Source of the DNA: Promethearchaeota archaeon | GTDB lineage: Archaea > Asgardarchaeota > Heimdallarchaeia > Hodarchaeales > Hodarchaeaceae | Direction: 5' to 3' | Assembly: GCA_048938105.1 (NCBI GenBank) | Contig: JBHLMN010000009.1 | Coordinates: forward strand, 64,001-128,000 | Length of the DNA: 64,000 nt | Part shown: one piece after another, positions 30,663-40,397 of the stretch | Position numbering within the stretch: position 1 is the first letter of the stretch | How the letters are laid out: every line of letters starts with the position of its first letter | The notes under the pieces: generated by a model | Told to the model about the DNA's origin: nothing | The model's database searches: none | What the model saw: the letters and a program-made list of their open reading frames with translations, nothing else | Program-made: the position numbers and the translations under genes

Positions 30663-30914
30663 CTATATCTCTTGAGTTATTTGAGTCTTCTTTTGTCTAA
30701 AATTGCCTACATATATCAAAATTAATCCAGAGACAAACAGGGCAAGGATTATTGGCACCAATGGGAGATAGTTTATTAATCGAATATTATCAAAATCAAT
30801 TGTCATCAAAGCCCACAAAGGCTGATAAACAAGGCATAACATAATAGCTAGAAAGATACAAATCCGTCCAAATGTATACCATTCGATGAAAGATTTCTTT
30901 TTTTTGTCATATAT
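30663..30914 (-). CDS. Small 2-TM membrane protein missed by the ORF track (start disrupted or non-canonical)
   Basis: Open frame KKKKSFIEWYTFGRICIFLAIMLCLVYQPLWALM...LPLVPIILALFVSGLILIYVGNFRQKKTQITQEI*; ATG at 30910 is one base out of frame across an A8 run. Confidence 0.55.
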   Translation of the reverse strand: MYDKKKKSFIEWYTFGRICIFLAIMLCLVYQPLWALMTIDFDNIRLINYLPLVPIILALFVSGLILIYVGNFRQKKTQITQEI

Positions 30915-31132
30915 CTACATGATTTAATAGAAGATCTATCATTCTCTCAAGAGTTAAAGTATACACAGAAACTAATTAAATCACTGATTTGATTTCAGTA
31001 ATTCTGAGTGTAATAACTCCATTTTTCTTTTAGTTAAAGAAAAAGAAGAATTATGATTCGACAATATATTTCCTAATTGATTTACAAATATTACCATAAG
31101 CAAGTGAAGATATCCATTGAGAAGATGATCTT

Positions 31133-32002
31133 ATGAGAGAAAATGAGGTCTTTACTTTACAGAATGGGAAAAAACTGGGTTATGCTAAGTATGGAGCTGA
31201 CGAAGGAACTCCATTGTTTCATTTTCATGGGACTGGGAGTTCTCGTTTGGAGGGGAAGCTTTTCCACACAAAAGGATTAGAAAAAAATATCCGAATAATT
31301 ACTATAGATCGCCCAGGATTCGGTTTATCTGATTTTCAAAATAGAAAGTTGTTAGAGTGGCCTGATACAGTTTTAGAACTTGCACAATTCTTAGAAATCA
31401 AAAAGTTCTCTATCATGGGTATTTCTGGGGGTGGACCACATTGTATCGTATGTGCTTACAAGATTCCTGAAAGATTACGAAATTGTATAGCTATTGGTAC
31501 CCCTGGACCACCAGAAATTGAAACCAAGCATTTTCCTTGGTTATTGAGAGTACAAGGGTGGATATTCAAGCATTTCCCATTCACTTATAGGCAATACATG
31601 AAAATGATATCAAAGACCAGTTCTGATCCTGAGCAATTAAGGAACTTTACCCGAAAACATAAGAAGCGATATCCACCTGCTGATGCTAAATTTATCCTTG
31701 AAGACAGTGGAGAGAACTTACAACTTATTACAAGAGCAATAAGAGAAGGGACACAGCATACTTTTAAAGGAGCAGTCCATGAAATGAAACTCTTTTCTTC
31801 TTCATGGGGTTTTCAATTGCAAGATATTTCTCCCAATCAGAAAATTATTCTTTGGCATGGAGAAGATGATCTGACATTTAATGCAGCGAAAGAAATGAAT
31901 GAAATCATTCCTAATTGTGAGGCAAGATTTTTTCCAAACGAAGGGCATTTTTCTGTTTATATGAATTATTTAGAAGAACTTTTCCAACAATTATTAACTT
32001 AA
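31133..32002 (+). CDS. Alpha/beta hydrolase
   Basis: FHGTGSSR, DRPGFG, GISGG nucleophile elbow, WHGEDD, EGH. Confidence 0.94.
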   Translation: MRENEVFTLQNGKKLGYAKYGADEGTPLFHFHGTGSSRLEGKLFHTKGLEKNIRIITIDRPGFGLSDFQNRKLLEWPDTVLELAQFLEIKKFSIMGISGGGPHCIVCAYKIPERLRNCIAIGTPGPPEIETKHFPWLLRVQGWIFKHFPFTYRQYMKMISKTSSDPEQLRNFTRKHKKRYPPADAKFILEDSGENLQLITRAIREGTQHTFKGAVHEMKLFSSSWGFQLQDISPNQKIILWHGEDDLTFNAAKEMNEIIPNCEARFFPNEGHFSVYMNYLEELFQQLLT

Positions 32003-32019
32003 ATCTAAAGGAGACAAAA

Positions 32020-32661
32020 ATGAATAAGGTCGTAGAAAAAGTTACTGCATTTATTACACGAAATAAAAAGGAGAAAAATGAGCTTCTTTTATTCATACAT
32101 CCTAATGCAGGAATCCAAATTCCAGCGGGTACTGTTGAGAAAGGAGAAACCGTAAAAGAAGCTCTAATGAGGGAGGTTACGGAGGAGACAGGACTAAAAA
32201 AAATTTCAATCAGGAATTATATTGGTTTCAAAGACCGTAAATTACCAAAAAATCAATTTTTTATATCAGAAAAAACCAAGGTATATTCACGCCCAACTTC
32301 TAACAGCTTTGATTGGGCTGAACTCAGAAAAGGAATTACTGTTACATCTAATCGTACTTTAGATGATTATACACAAATAACTTTTAGAGAATATGATAGA
32401 TATCCAGATCAGAACTATATAACATATCAAATTACAGGTTGGATATTGACTACAAATCTTTCAAAAAAAATGAGAAGACATTTTTTTCATATTGTAATCA
32501 ATGAAGAAGCTCAGGATGAATGGGAAATCTTCGCAGACAACCATCTATTTAGAGTTTTCTGGTCTCCATTTATGAATCTACCAGATATTATTGCTCCACA
32601 TCGTCATTGGCTTAAATATGTACAATATGAATTGAAATACAGTTTTGATGATCTAGCTTAG
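32020..32661 (+). CDS. NUDIX hydrolase
   Basis: Nudix box GTVEKGETVKEALMREVTEETGL. Confidence 0.92.
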   Translation: MNKVVEKVTAFITRNKKEKNELLLFIHPNAGIQIPAGTVEKGETVKEALMREVTEETGLKKISIRNYIGFKDRKLPKNQFFISEKTKVYSRPTSNSFDWAELRKGITVTSNRTLDDYTQITFREYDRYPDQNYITYQITGWILTTNLSKKMRRHFFHIVINEEAQDEWEIFADNHLFRVFWSPFMNLPDIIAPHRHWLKYVQYELKYSFDDLA

Positions 32662-32691
32662 TTTGTGTTGAATTAGAAACCTATCTAATGT

Positions 32692-33024
32692 TCATCCCTC
32701 AATTCTTTCCACTTTGAATATAACGGGTCGAAACCAATCTGTGCAGCCAGTTATTACTGTTCCACGTTGTTTCAAACCAGGCATGTCACTCCCAAGTGCA
32801 ATCATCAGTATATCTTTCCTAATGTCTGCCCAAGCCCAAGCACAAAAATCATTTGGTGGTCTAGAAACAGCGTCTCCTTCTAGTACAAACTCTTGATTAT
32901 CTTTGAATTTGTCACAAGGTTTCATGTGGCTCCTATATTGTTCATCAATATATTCATCAATCAAATCTTGATTGATTGTTCTCTTTAATACAGTGATTTT
33001 ACATTTAGATATTTCTGAAGTCAT
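32692..33024 (-). CDS. TIGR04076 family protein
   Basis: CKITVLK, PC..F..QEF, FCAWAWADI, CTDWFRPVIFKVERI. Confidence 0.88.
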   Translation of the reverse strand: MTSEISKCKITVLKRTINQDLIDEYIDEQYRSHMKPCDKFKDNQEFVLEGDAVSRPPNDFCAWAWADIRKDILMIALGSDMPGLKQRGTVITGCTDWFRPVIFKVERIEG

Positions 33025-33045
33025 TAGACATCCTCCATTTAGCTA

Positions 33046-33456
33046 CTATCCCTCAATTCTCCCTCTTTCTATGTCAGTTGGGAATATTTTGTTAATAATG
33101 AGCCATTTGTCTCGAATTTTTAACATATGAAAAAAATCAATATATCTTTCGGTAATTTTATTGTCAATTCTAAATTCAAAATCAATTATCACTGACGCAG
33201 CATTACCAAGGATATTTAGAGCTTTAATAGTATAATTAGCAGTTGATGATTCAAAATCCTCACCTTCAGCTTGTGCTTTTTCAGCCATTTCTTTCCAATG
33301 ATCTCTGTACACATATTGAACTTCTCCCTTTACAGAACCACAACTGAGACCTTTCTCGAAAAATATTTCACTAATCTTATCATAATCTAACAGTCTAAGC
33401 CCCTCAACAAATTTGTTAAGAGATTTTTGAATATTTTCAACTTCTGAAATCTTCAT
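33046..33456 (-). CDS. NTF2-like (lumazine-binding/SnoaL-like) protein
   Basis: GNAASV..YIDFFHMLKIRDKWLIINKIF. Confidence 0.85.
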   Translation of the reverse strand: MKISEVENIQKSLNKFVEGLRLLDYDKISEIFFEKGLSCGSVKGEVQYVYRDHWKEMAEKAQAEGEDFESSTANYTIKALNILGNAASVIIDFEFRIDNKITERYIDFFHMLKIRDKWLIINKIFPTDIERGRIEG

Positions 33457-33759
33457 GTATATTCATACCCATAAAAAATATTACACCAATGGAAAAAAGC
33501 TGTAACTTCGCATTCCTAACTTCAACACCTTTCAAAGGATTTTAAAGGATAACGATGAAAGCAAACTGGAAAACTTTTTTGTTACCTTAAAAAATAAAAG
33601 CTATTATCTATATAAATCCTTTTTAAACCTGAATTCTTTGATAAATTCTCGTTTTATAGGAATATTCTACATTGTATTGAAAATTAGAAATAAAATATTT
33701 AATATTGACGATTTTCTTTATTTTTACCTCATTAACAAAGTATTTAAGGATACGGGAAC

Positions 33760-33778
33760 ATTCAGTTAATAACTGAAT
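33760..33778. promoter_or_regulatory. Inverted repeat ATTCAGTTA-A-TAACTGAAT in a divergent intergenic region
   Basis: Perfect 9-bp arms read directly. Confidence 0.5.
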
Positions 33779-33925
33779 AGTATGTTCAACACAAAGCTTC
33801 CTCTTAAGTCAAATTTCTATGAGAATCGAGTTACTTGGTTTATTATTAGAAAAATATCCCATTAAATAATTATATCATATGAATAGAATGGCAAAAAGCT
33901 CATTTTCCATTATCAGGGAATTAAT

Positions 33926-34765
33926 ATGACTGATATAGAATTTCATAAAATAACTGATCATAGTATCGCAGCAATCTCGGAGGATTCAATATCAGGAGCA
34001 ATTTCTTTAGATAACTTTATTTTAGTAATTGATTCTACATTATTTCCGTTTACTGGCAGATTATTACGTAATCAAGTTAATGAAATTTTCAAACTACCAG
34101 TGAGGTTTCTTTTTTTAACTCATTATCATGGTGATCATTTCTGGGGAGTTAAATCCTTTAATGATGTAAGTATTCTTGGATCGGAACCAATTATTGAGAA
34201 TATTAAAGCTGAGAGAGAAATTCAACCAGCCAGATTCGATGAATGGAAAAGGGAAACCCCTAAAAAAGCTCATTTAATAGACGAAATTGATACTTCTTTT
34301 CTTCCTCATATAGTTTTTACAAAAGAGATAGAGATTTGTGATGGAGATATAATTGTTGAGCTTAACCATTGCGGGGGACATACATCCTGTTCATCATATG
34401 CCTATTTTCCTTATGAAAAGGTATTATTTGCTGGAGACTTAATATTTTCCAAACAGTGGCCTTGGGCTGGGGATCCAACTTGTAATCCTGATCATTGGAT
34501 CAATGCTCTCCAAAAAATGATTAACCTTGATATTGAATATCTTATCCCTGGACACGGACCAATAACATCTAAGAAAGAAGTGGAAGTACACTTGAACTTC
34601 CAAAAGATGTTGAAAGAAGAAATAATAGATACTCTTGAAAAAGGGGAAGAAATTGATAACGTCAAGATCCCTACTTTTTACCATGACAACACACCTGGAG
34701 AATGGGTGAAGAAAGATACACTCGAATGTTTTTACAACTTCTATAGTCGGCAATTCACAAAATAA
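33926..34765 (+). CDS. MBL-fold metallo-hydrolase (cyclase-like)
   Basis: THYHGDH, GGHT, LFAGDL, IPGHG. Confidence 0.92.
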   Translation: MTDIEFHKITDHSIAAISEDSISGAISLDNFILVIDSTLFPFTGRLLRNQVNEIFKLPVRFLFLTHYHGDHFWGVKSFNDVSILGSEPIIENIKAEREIQPARFDEWKRETPKKAHLIDEIDTSFLPHIVFTKEIEICDGDIIVELNHCGGHTSCSSYAYFPYEKVLFAGDLIFSKQWPWAGDPTCNPDHWINALQKMINLDIEYLIPGHGPITSKKEVEVHLNFQKMLKEEIIDTLEKGEEIDNVKIPTFYHDNTPGEWVKKDTLECFYNFYSRQFTK

Positions 34766-34807
34766 ATACATAAATATACAATAATCGTAGAGATAGGAGA
34801 TTTTCAG

Positions 34808-35116
34808 TTGACAACTATAAAAATAACAGTAATCAAAAAATTTAGCCCTGAAGAAATTTTTGGGCAGGAAATTATAAGACATTCAACAGGCAAAGCAATA
34901 CCTATTTGCAGCATGGAAGAAGGAAAGGAATATTTTGTAGAAAGTGAATATGAAATGCCTGATGATTTCTGTCCTCGTTTTTGGTATGATACTCATGATA
35001 TTATCACGATGTTCATCTGTGGTGGTGATTTCGAGTATCCAAAGCCAAATGTAACGTATGTTCCATGTAGAGACGGTGTAAGACCAGTTATATTTAAAAT
35101 AGAAAAAATTAATTAA
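34808..35116 (+). CDS. TIGR04076 family protein (second copy)
   Basis: IKITVIK, MPDDFCP, CRDGVRPVIFKIEKI. Confidence 0.85.
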   Translation: MTTIKITVIKKFSPEEIFGQEIIRHSTGKAIPICSMEEGKEYFVESEYEMPDDFCPRFWYDTHDIITMFICGGDFEYPKPNVTYVPCRDGVRPVIFKIEKIN

Positions 35117-35179
35117 GCTTCTATTTGGTAACACAAGTATAACGAATTAAAAACCTCTATTAACTGGAAGAGATATTGG

Positions 35180-35518
35180 ATGGCTAAAAATATGAACTCT
35201 TCTTTTTCTCAAAGAGTAAAAGATATTATCAAGAAGATCCCAACAGGTAAAGTTGCTACATATGGTCAAATTGCGACATATGCGGGCAATCCTCGTGCTT
35301 CACGTCAAGTGGCTTGGATATTACATTCCTCATCGCAAAAAGACAACCTTCCTTGGCATAGAGTAATTAACAGCAAGGGACGAATATCATTACCTCACAA
35401 TGGTGGTTATGAAATCCAAAAAGAACTATTAGAGAAAGAAGGCATTGTTTTTAGCGTAAACGACAAGATTGATTTTAACTTATATCTTTGGCAAATCTTC
35501 GAAAAACAGCAGATTTAA
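35180..35518 (+). CDS. Alkyltransferase-like (ATL/YbaZ) DNA-binding protein
   Basis: IPTGKVATYGQIA..ASRQVAW; PWHRV (Trp replaces the MGMT active-site Cys). Confidence 0.92.
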   Translation: MAKNMNSSFSQRVKDIIKKIPTGKVATYGQIATYAGNPRASRQVAWILHSSSQKDNLPWHRVINSKGRISLPHNGGYEIQKELLEKEGIVFSVNDKIDFNLYLWQIFEKQQI

Positions 35519-35535
35519 TCTAATCACAAACCCCT

Positions 35536-36345
35536 TTAAGTTTGACTCATCAATTTATCCCGATTAAAGAGAGAGAGTGCGAGCTTGTAAGTTAAGATAT
35601 CAAATACTCCTAAGATAATGATACCTATTATTATCAACCAGATATTAATGAATATAATTAGGAGTTGGCCAGTGATTAGAAATAGTGCTGGTAACACGAA
35701 AAAACCTGTAAGCTGTTGAGCATCACGGGTAGATGAAACTCTGGAGCTAATCATAACAACGAATGTAGTAGTACCAAAACCGAGTAGGGGAGTGAAAAGA
35801 GTCATCACAAGAATGAATTGTAAGTTTGGAAGATAAAGTCTTCCCAAATGAGGGAATGTAATAATATCAACAATAAACGTATAGAGAATCCCCATGATTG
35901 AAGTTAAAATGAGTACAGGGATGAGAGTGGAGCTAATCTTCGCTAATAGAATTTCTGAGTCAGTTACAGGTAAGATTAACAATCCTTCTATCGTTTGCCT
36001 CTCTTTCTCACCAACAATTGTATCAGCACTAACAAAACTAGCAATCATAACAGGCACAAGAAGGAGGAATATCTGACCAAAAATTGCTGATATAATTAGC
36101 ATCTGAGCTCTTTCGGAAAGTTGATTCCAATCTGATGTTATTGGAGGTAATAATTCTGTAAATACATCAAATCCAACATTTGTGCTGCCCATAGGGGCAA
36201 AGTTCAAAGAAAGCATTAAAATAACTGGAACACCAAGTGCTAAAAGCAATGGTAAGAAAGTAGTTGACAAGAGTATCTGTTTTGATCGAAAAGCCTCGGC
36301 CCAATCTTTTTTTATCAACTCCCAAATCAGTTTAAGCTGCATCAT
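35536..36345 (-). CDS. ABC-2 type permease
   Basis: IVGEKERQTIEGLLILP..ILLAK; 6 TM helices. Confidence 0.9.
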   Translation of the reverse strand: MMQLKLIWELIKKDWAEAFRSKQILLSTTFLPLLLALGVPVILMLSLNFAPMGSTNVGFDVFTELLPPITSDWNQLSERAQMLIISAIFGQIFLLLVPVMIASFVSADTIVGEKERQTIEGLLILPVTDSEILLAKISSTLIPVLILTSIMGILYTFIVDIITFPHLGRLYLPNLQFILVMTLFTPLLGFGTTTFVVMISSRVSSTRDAQQLTGFFVLPALFLITGQLLIIFINIWLIIIGIIILGVFDILTYKLALSLFNRDKLMSQT

Positions 36346-37300
36346 GACTCAAACCACCGTTTGAAAAATCCATTATATGTTTGTAAATATCTTCGAGAGA
36401 TTTTTTAATTGGTCGTACTTCTAGTATAGAAGCGCCAGAATCAACAAGATTTTTAACGACTGTGGGAGTAGTATTATTTATATTATCTACATCTATTTCA
36501 ATTGAAATATCATCTTCTAGAATATGAGTAGAAATAACTCCATCGATGTCTGATATTAGTTTTTGATATTCTGACACTTTATTTTTGCATGTAATGACTA
36601 ATTTGGAGGTTTTTGAGACCTTGGATCTAAGTTCAGAGGTACTACCGATCGTTAATAATATTCCCTTATCTATCACACCAATTTTGGTTGCTAACTTCTC
36701 CGCTTCGGGTAAATTATGAGTTGTCAAAAAGATCGTCGTGTCGAGGTCAACGGCAGCCTGTTCTATCGTTTCTCTTACACTAGATTGAGCCAAAGGATCC
36801 AATCCCGCGGTTGGTTCATCTAGAAACATGATTGGAGGTGAGTGAATCATTGCACGCAAAATACCTAATTTCTGTTTCATTCCTTTACTATATGAACCTA
36901 CTGGAGAATCAAGCCTTTTAAGTAAATTAAACTGTTTTGCTAACTCATCGATTCGCTGGGCTGCTTCTTCATGAGTTAGGCCATACATTTTGGCAAAAAA
37001 TGTTAAATTCTTTCTCGCAGATAAACGTAAGTAGAGGTTAGGCCTATCAGTTAGTACACCCATATTTTTACGAAGCTCTTGTGGATTCTTTAATATATCA
37101 TGTCCATTAATTCTTGCAGAACCACTCGTTGGTATTAGAAGTGTTGTCAATAACCTGACAGTAGTTGTTTTTCCAGCTCCATTAGGTCCCAAGAAGGAAA
37201 ATATTTCCCCTTCTTTAATAGCAAAGGAAATCCGATTTACTGCAATTATATCAGGTGGAAAAACCTTGGTGAGGTTTTTGGCTTCTATTGCTATACCCAT
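36332..37300 (-). CDS. ABC transporter ATP-binding protein
   Basis: GPNGAGKTT, YSKGMKQ, FLDEPT, TTH. Confidence 0.96.
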   Translation of the reverse strand: MGIAIEAKNLTKVFPPDIIAVNRISFAIKEGEIFSFLGPNGAGKTTTVRLLTTLLIPTSGSARINGHDILKNPQELRKNMGVLTDRPNLYLRLSARKNLTFFAKMYGLTHEEAAQRIDELAKQFNLLKRLDSPVGSYSKGMKQKLGILRAMIHSPPIMFLDEPTAGLDPLAQSSVRETIEQAAVDLDTTIFLTTHNLPEAEKLATKIGVIDKGILLTIGSTSELRSKVSKTSKLVITCKNKVSEYQKLISDIDGVISTHILEDDISIEIDVDNINNTTPTVVKNLVDSGASILEVRPIKKSLEDIYKHIMDFSNGGLSHDAA

Positions 37301-37586
37301 TATTTTTACACCTCTTAGATTCTATTATTTCTATCTAATATAATACGAGAATCAATCATAACTGATAAATACCAGTATTATTACCATAAATACTATAATA
37401 AGACTATTTTATAAGTCTATTGCTTTTGAAATGTCCTGAAAATATGTAAAAAATCTTTTACCTTAAGGAAAAATATTTTTACAATGACTAAAGAGATTTT
37501 TACTGTATAAATTCTATAAGATATAGATTTAGTACTTAATCAACATCAAACAAATACATTTTTAACTAAAATTCTGGAGATATATA

Positions 37587-38066
37587 ATGCCACAATTAGC
37601 TAAGGGAGGCAAGTATGTTTATGGATGGTCTATTGTTCATCCAATTGGAAAAATATTAATACCAAAAGAAGCATATGACGAATACCGATTCAATGAGTTT
37701 GATAAAATTATTCTTTTGGCAGGAAATTCAACTTCAGGTGGGTTTGGTATAGCTAAGGTTAATCAACTTAAAAAAGGACCTTTTAAAGAGATATTGAATT
37801 TTCTAAATTACACTGAGGAGGAGGACTCCTTTAAAATCCCTGAATTAAAACTAATGAAATATAAAAATAAGAGATATTTTTGTTGGTCGAGATTAAAAAA
37901 AGATGGATATTTCATTCTCTCTCCAGAAATTCTCAACGTATATGGAGTGAAAATAGGAGAGAAAGTGCTTGTGGTAAAAGGTAGTGGTCGTGCACTTAGT
38001 TTTATCATCAGAGGGCCTATCATTAAGGCTGCAAGAATGCACCCCGAGTTAAAAATATTCAAATAG
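37587..38066 (+). CDS. Duplicated AbrB-like domain protein
   Basis: GGKYVYGWSIV..GKILIPKEA; second repeat GYFILSPEIL..YGVKIGEKVLVVKGSG. Confidence 0.75.
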   Translation: MPQLAKGGKYVYGWSIVHPIGKILIPKEAYDEYRFNEFDKIILLAGNSTSGGFGIAKVNQLKKGPFKEILNFLNYTEEEDSFKIPELKLMKYKNKRYFCWSRLKKDGYFILSPEILNVYGVKIGEKVLVVKGSGRALSFIIRGPIIKAARMHPELKIFK

Positions 38067-38138
38067 GAAAACAGTGTTGAGTTTGCAGATCGTCTAAGAT
38101 GAAGTTAGATACTTGGTTCGCGAATTTGAGGGTAAAAG

Positions 38139-38615
38139 ATGGAAGAAAAAGATAACAATAACCAAAAAAAAGTGGGAATAGGTGAGATTACTAGTAACTT
38201 CCAAGTATCTATACCACCAGAAGTGCGAAAAAAGCTAAAACTGAAAGTAGGGGATTGTTTAACTTTTGTGGAGAAGAATAAAGATATAATTATATCAAAA
38301 GCAACAGAAATAAGTCAACTAGATGACTTAATTCAGAATTTAGTTACTATCGCTCTCCAAGATGGTGAAATCACTAAAGAGGAAAAAAAGATGATTAAAT
38401 CCATATATGAGAATATAGCTAATTTTAAACAAGCCTATAGAAAAGCCTGGGAAGATGAAATAATAACACCAGAAGAAAAAAGTTTATTAACTCATTTATG
38501 GAAAAGAATTTATGATAAAACAGCTGAGAGTATCCAAAAAGATAAAAGAATCACATTAGACGAAATGAAATTATTGATGAGCGTTTTTAGAACAATTTAT
38601 CACCCAGAGATGTAA
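38139..38615 (+). CDS. AbrB/MazE DNA-binding domain fused to a TerB-like helical repeat domain
   Basis: ITSNFQVSIPPEVRKKLKLKVGD, then DGEITKEE, DEIITPEE, DKRITLDE. Confidence 0.8.
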   Translation: MEEKDNNNQKKVGIGEITSNFQVSIPPEVRKKLKLKVGDCLTFVEKNKDIIISKATEISQLDDLIQNLVTIALQDGEITKEEKKMIKSIYENIANFKQAYRKAWEDEIITPEEKSLLTHLWKRIYDKTAESIQKDKRITLDEMKLLMSVFRTIYHPEM

Positions 38616-38691
38616 ATAATGGGAGTGGAGATAATGAAGAATACAGAGATCAATCTATAGAAGACTAAATTAACCATAGGAGAAGCAACTA

Positions 38692-39246
38692 ATGACTTTA
38701 TTTATACAGACTGTAGAAGAAATCATTGCACATCTAAAAGAATATCTTGCGTCATCCACAGTTGAAAAGGAACTGAAAAAATCAATTGAAATTTTACTAG
38801 GAGCGGAGAAAATCTTTATTTTTGGCGCAGGCCGTTCAGGAATGGTTGGAAGGATGTTTGCTCAAAGATTAATGCATTTAGGATTCCCTTCCTACTATTT
38901 ATCAGAGACAATAACCCCAAGATTCACATCTAAAGATTGTTTAGTTGTCATAAGTGGTTCTGGTGAAACAATTTCTCCTATTTCGATATCTAAAGGTGCA
39001 AAGGAAATTGGGGGAAACATCATTGCACTGACAGCTAATCCTCTTTCAACCATTGGTAAGATTGCTGACCAAATTATCAATGTGAAAGGCCAGACTAAGG
39101 ATGTAAAACAAGAAGCTTTAGCTCCCTTCACTTCATTATTTGATATTACTGCTTTGGTTGTTCTTGATGCAATGACACGGGTAATCATGAACAAAATCGG
39201 AAAAACGGAAGCAGATATTCATAAGACACATGCAACGCTAGAATAA
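38692..39246 (+). CDS. hxlB: 6-phospho-3-hexuloisomerase-like SIS-domain protein
   Basis: IFIFGAGRSG..FAQRLMHLG, ISGSGET, C-terminal HATLE. Confidence 0.82.
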   Translation: MTLFIQTVEEIIAHLKEYLASSTVEKELKKSIEILLGAEKIFIFGAGRSGMVGRMFAQRLMHLGFPSYYLSETITPRFTSKDCLVVISGSGETISPISISKGAKEIGGNIIALTANPLSTIGKIADQIINVKGQTKDVKQEALAPFTSLFDITALVVLDAMTRVIMNKIGKTEADIHKTHATLE

Positions 39247-39251
39247 ATCAG

Positions 39252-40220
39252 ATGATCTACATGGGAATAAAAAACACAAAAGAAGGTGAGATTGACGTCT
39301 TAGGTCTTGGGGAAATTGTAATAGATCTATTATTGAAAATTCCTCGATTTCCAAAACCAGATGAAAAGCTCTATATCATTAGCAGCCAAAAGCAAGCAGG
39401 AGGAGTGACAGCTAATTTTTGTGTGGGGGTCGCTCGTCAAGGATTACGAGTCGCTTTCTTCGGTGGAGTGGGAGATGATGATGAAGGGGTGTTTCTGAGA
39501 AAAACATTACAAAAAGAAATCGTTGAGGATAAATATCTCTTCACACTGAAATTCAAAACGACCCCTGTTAACATCGTTATGATAACAGATGATGGAGAAA
39601 AATCTATCTTACAATCAGAACACATGCGATTAACACTTCCTCCAAAAGAGTTGATCACTGAAGAAGTAATACGAGAGGTACGTCACATACATTTAACTGC
39701 TATTAATTACGAAACAGCTTTGAAAACAGTGAAATTAGCTAAAGAACTAGGATTAACCACTAGCTTAGATCTAGAGTCTCAAGTAGTTCACGAATATTCA
39801 AAACAAATACCACAATTATTAGCTTACATTGATTTCCTTCTTCCCAATAAAGGAGGAGCTTACGAGCTTACTCAGACAATAAATCCCCGAATGGCATCAA
39901 GAAAGCTATTGGAATATGGCCCAAAAGCTGTATTACTAACATTAGGTTCAGAGGGAATCCTATTATCTACAAATGAGGAACAAAGATTATTTCCAGCATT
40001 TAAAATTGATAATGTGATCGATACAACTGGCGCAGGGGATGCTTTCAATGCTGGTTTTATTTCATCCTTCTTAGAAGATAAATCATTAGCTGAGTGCATC
40101 AGAAGAGGGCAAGCAACTTCAGCAATAAAAATTCAAGGACTAGGAGCCCAAACTCCCCTCCCTTCAAAACAGGAAGTAAATGAATTCTTGCGAAATTTTA
40201 ACCATGATTCAAGTATCTAG
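39252..40220 (+). CDS. PfkB/ribokinase family carbohydrate kinase
   Basis: GGVTAN, GVGDDDEG, TLGSEG, DTTGAGDAFNAGF. Confidence 0.94.
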   Translation: MIYMGIKNTKEGEIDVLGLGEIVIDLLLKIPRFPKPDEKLYIISSQKQAGGVTANFCVGVARQGLRVAFFGGVGDDDEGVFLRKTLQKEIVEDKYLFTLKFKTTPVNIVMITDDGEKSILQSEHMRLTLPPKELITEEVIREVRHIHLTAINYETALKTVKLAKELGLTTSLDLESQVVHEYSKQIPQLLAYIDFLLPNKGGAYELTQTINPRMASRKLLEYGPKAVLLTLGSEGILLSTNEEQRLFPAFKIDNVIDTTGAGDAFNAGFISSFLEDKSLAECIRRGQATSAIKIQGLGAQTPLPSKQEVNEFLRNFNHDSSI

Positions 40221-40397
40221 ATCTTTGTTATTTCGTTGGTCTAGATTTAAACATTTTTTAAGAAAAAAAATATCATTACTAAAGAATATGTTCAATTTAT
40301 TCAATTTTTACACCCTTTAGAAACAGTACCAGAGGAAGCTATTTAAGTAAAGGGGATAAGAAACGGAAAATACTAAAATTACCGAGAATGATGGAAA

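Noticed and set aside
30531-30725. 64-aa ORF in the ORF track
   Set aside because: It is the wrong frame; the homologous signal lies in the frame starting at 30530 (hydrolase relic).
14081-30917. Amber (TAG) recoding or pyrrolysine, suggested by in-frame TAGs at 14081, 16679 and 30917-30915
   Set aside because: Many intact genes end at TAG at the expected family length (e.g. 20983, 40220, 42143). Neighbouring broken genes use TAA (18484) and TGA (14800), the 16442 gene is also truncated, and no pyl genes are in the window.
37355-37410. TAC(C/T)A-type repeats between the ABC ATPase and the AbrB-like gene at 37587
   Set aside because: Spacing is irregular in very AT-rich DNA and cannot be distinguished from background by eye.
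17874-38615. AbrB/MazE genes as toxin-antitoxin modules
   Set aside because: No adjacent PIN, MazF or other toxin gene; the neighbours are metabolic.
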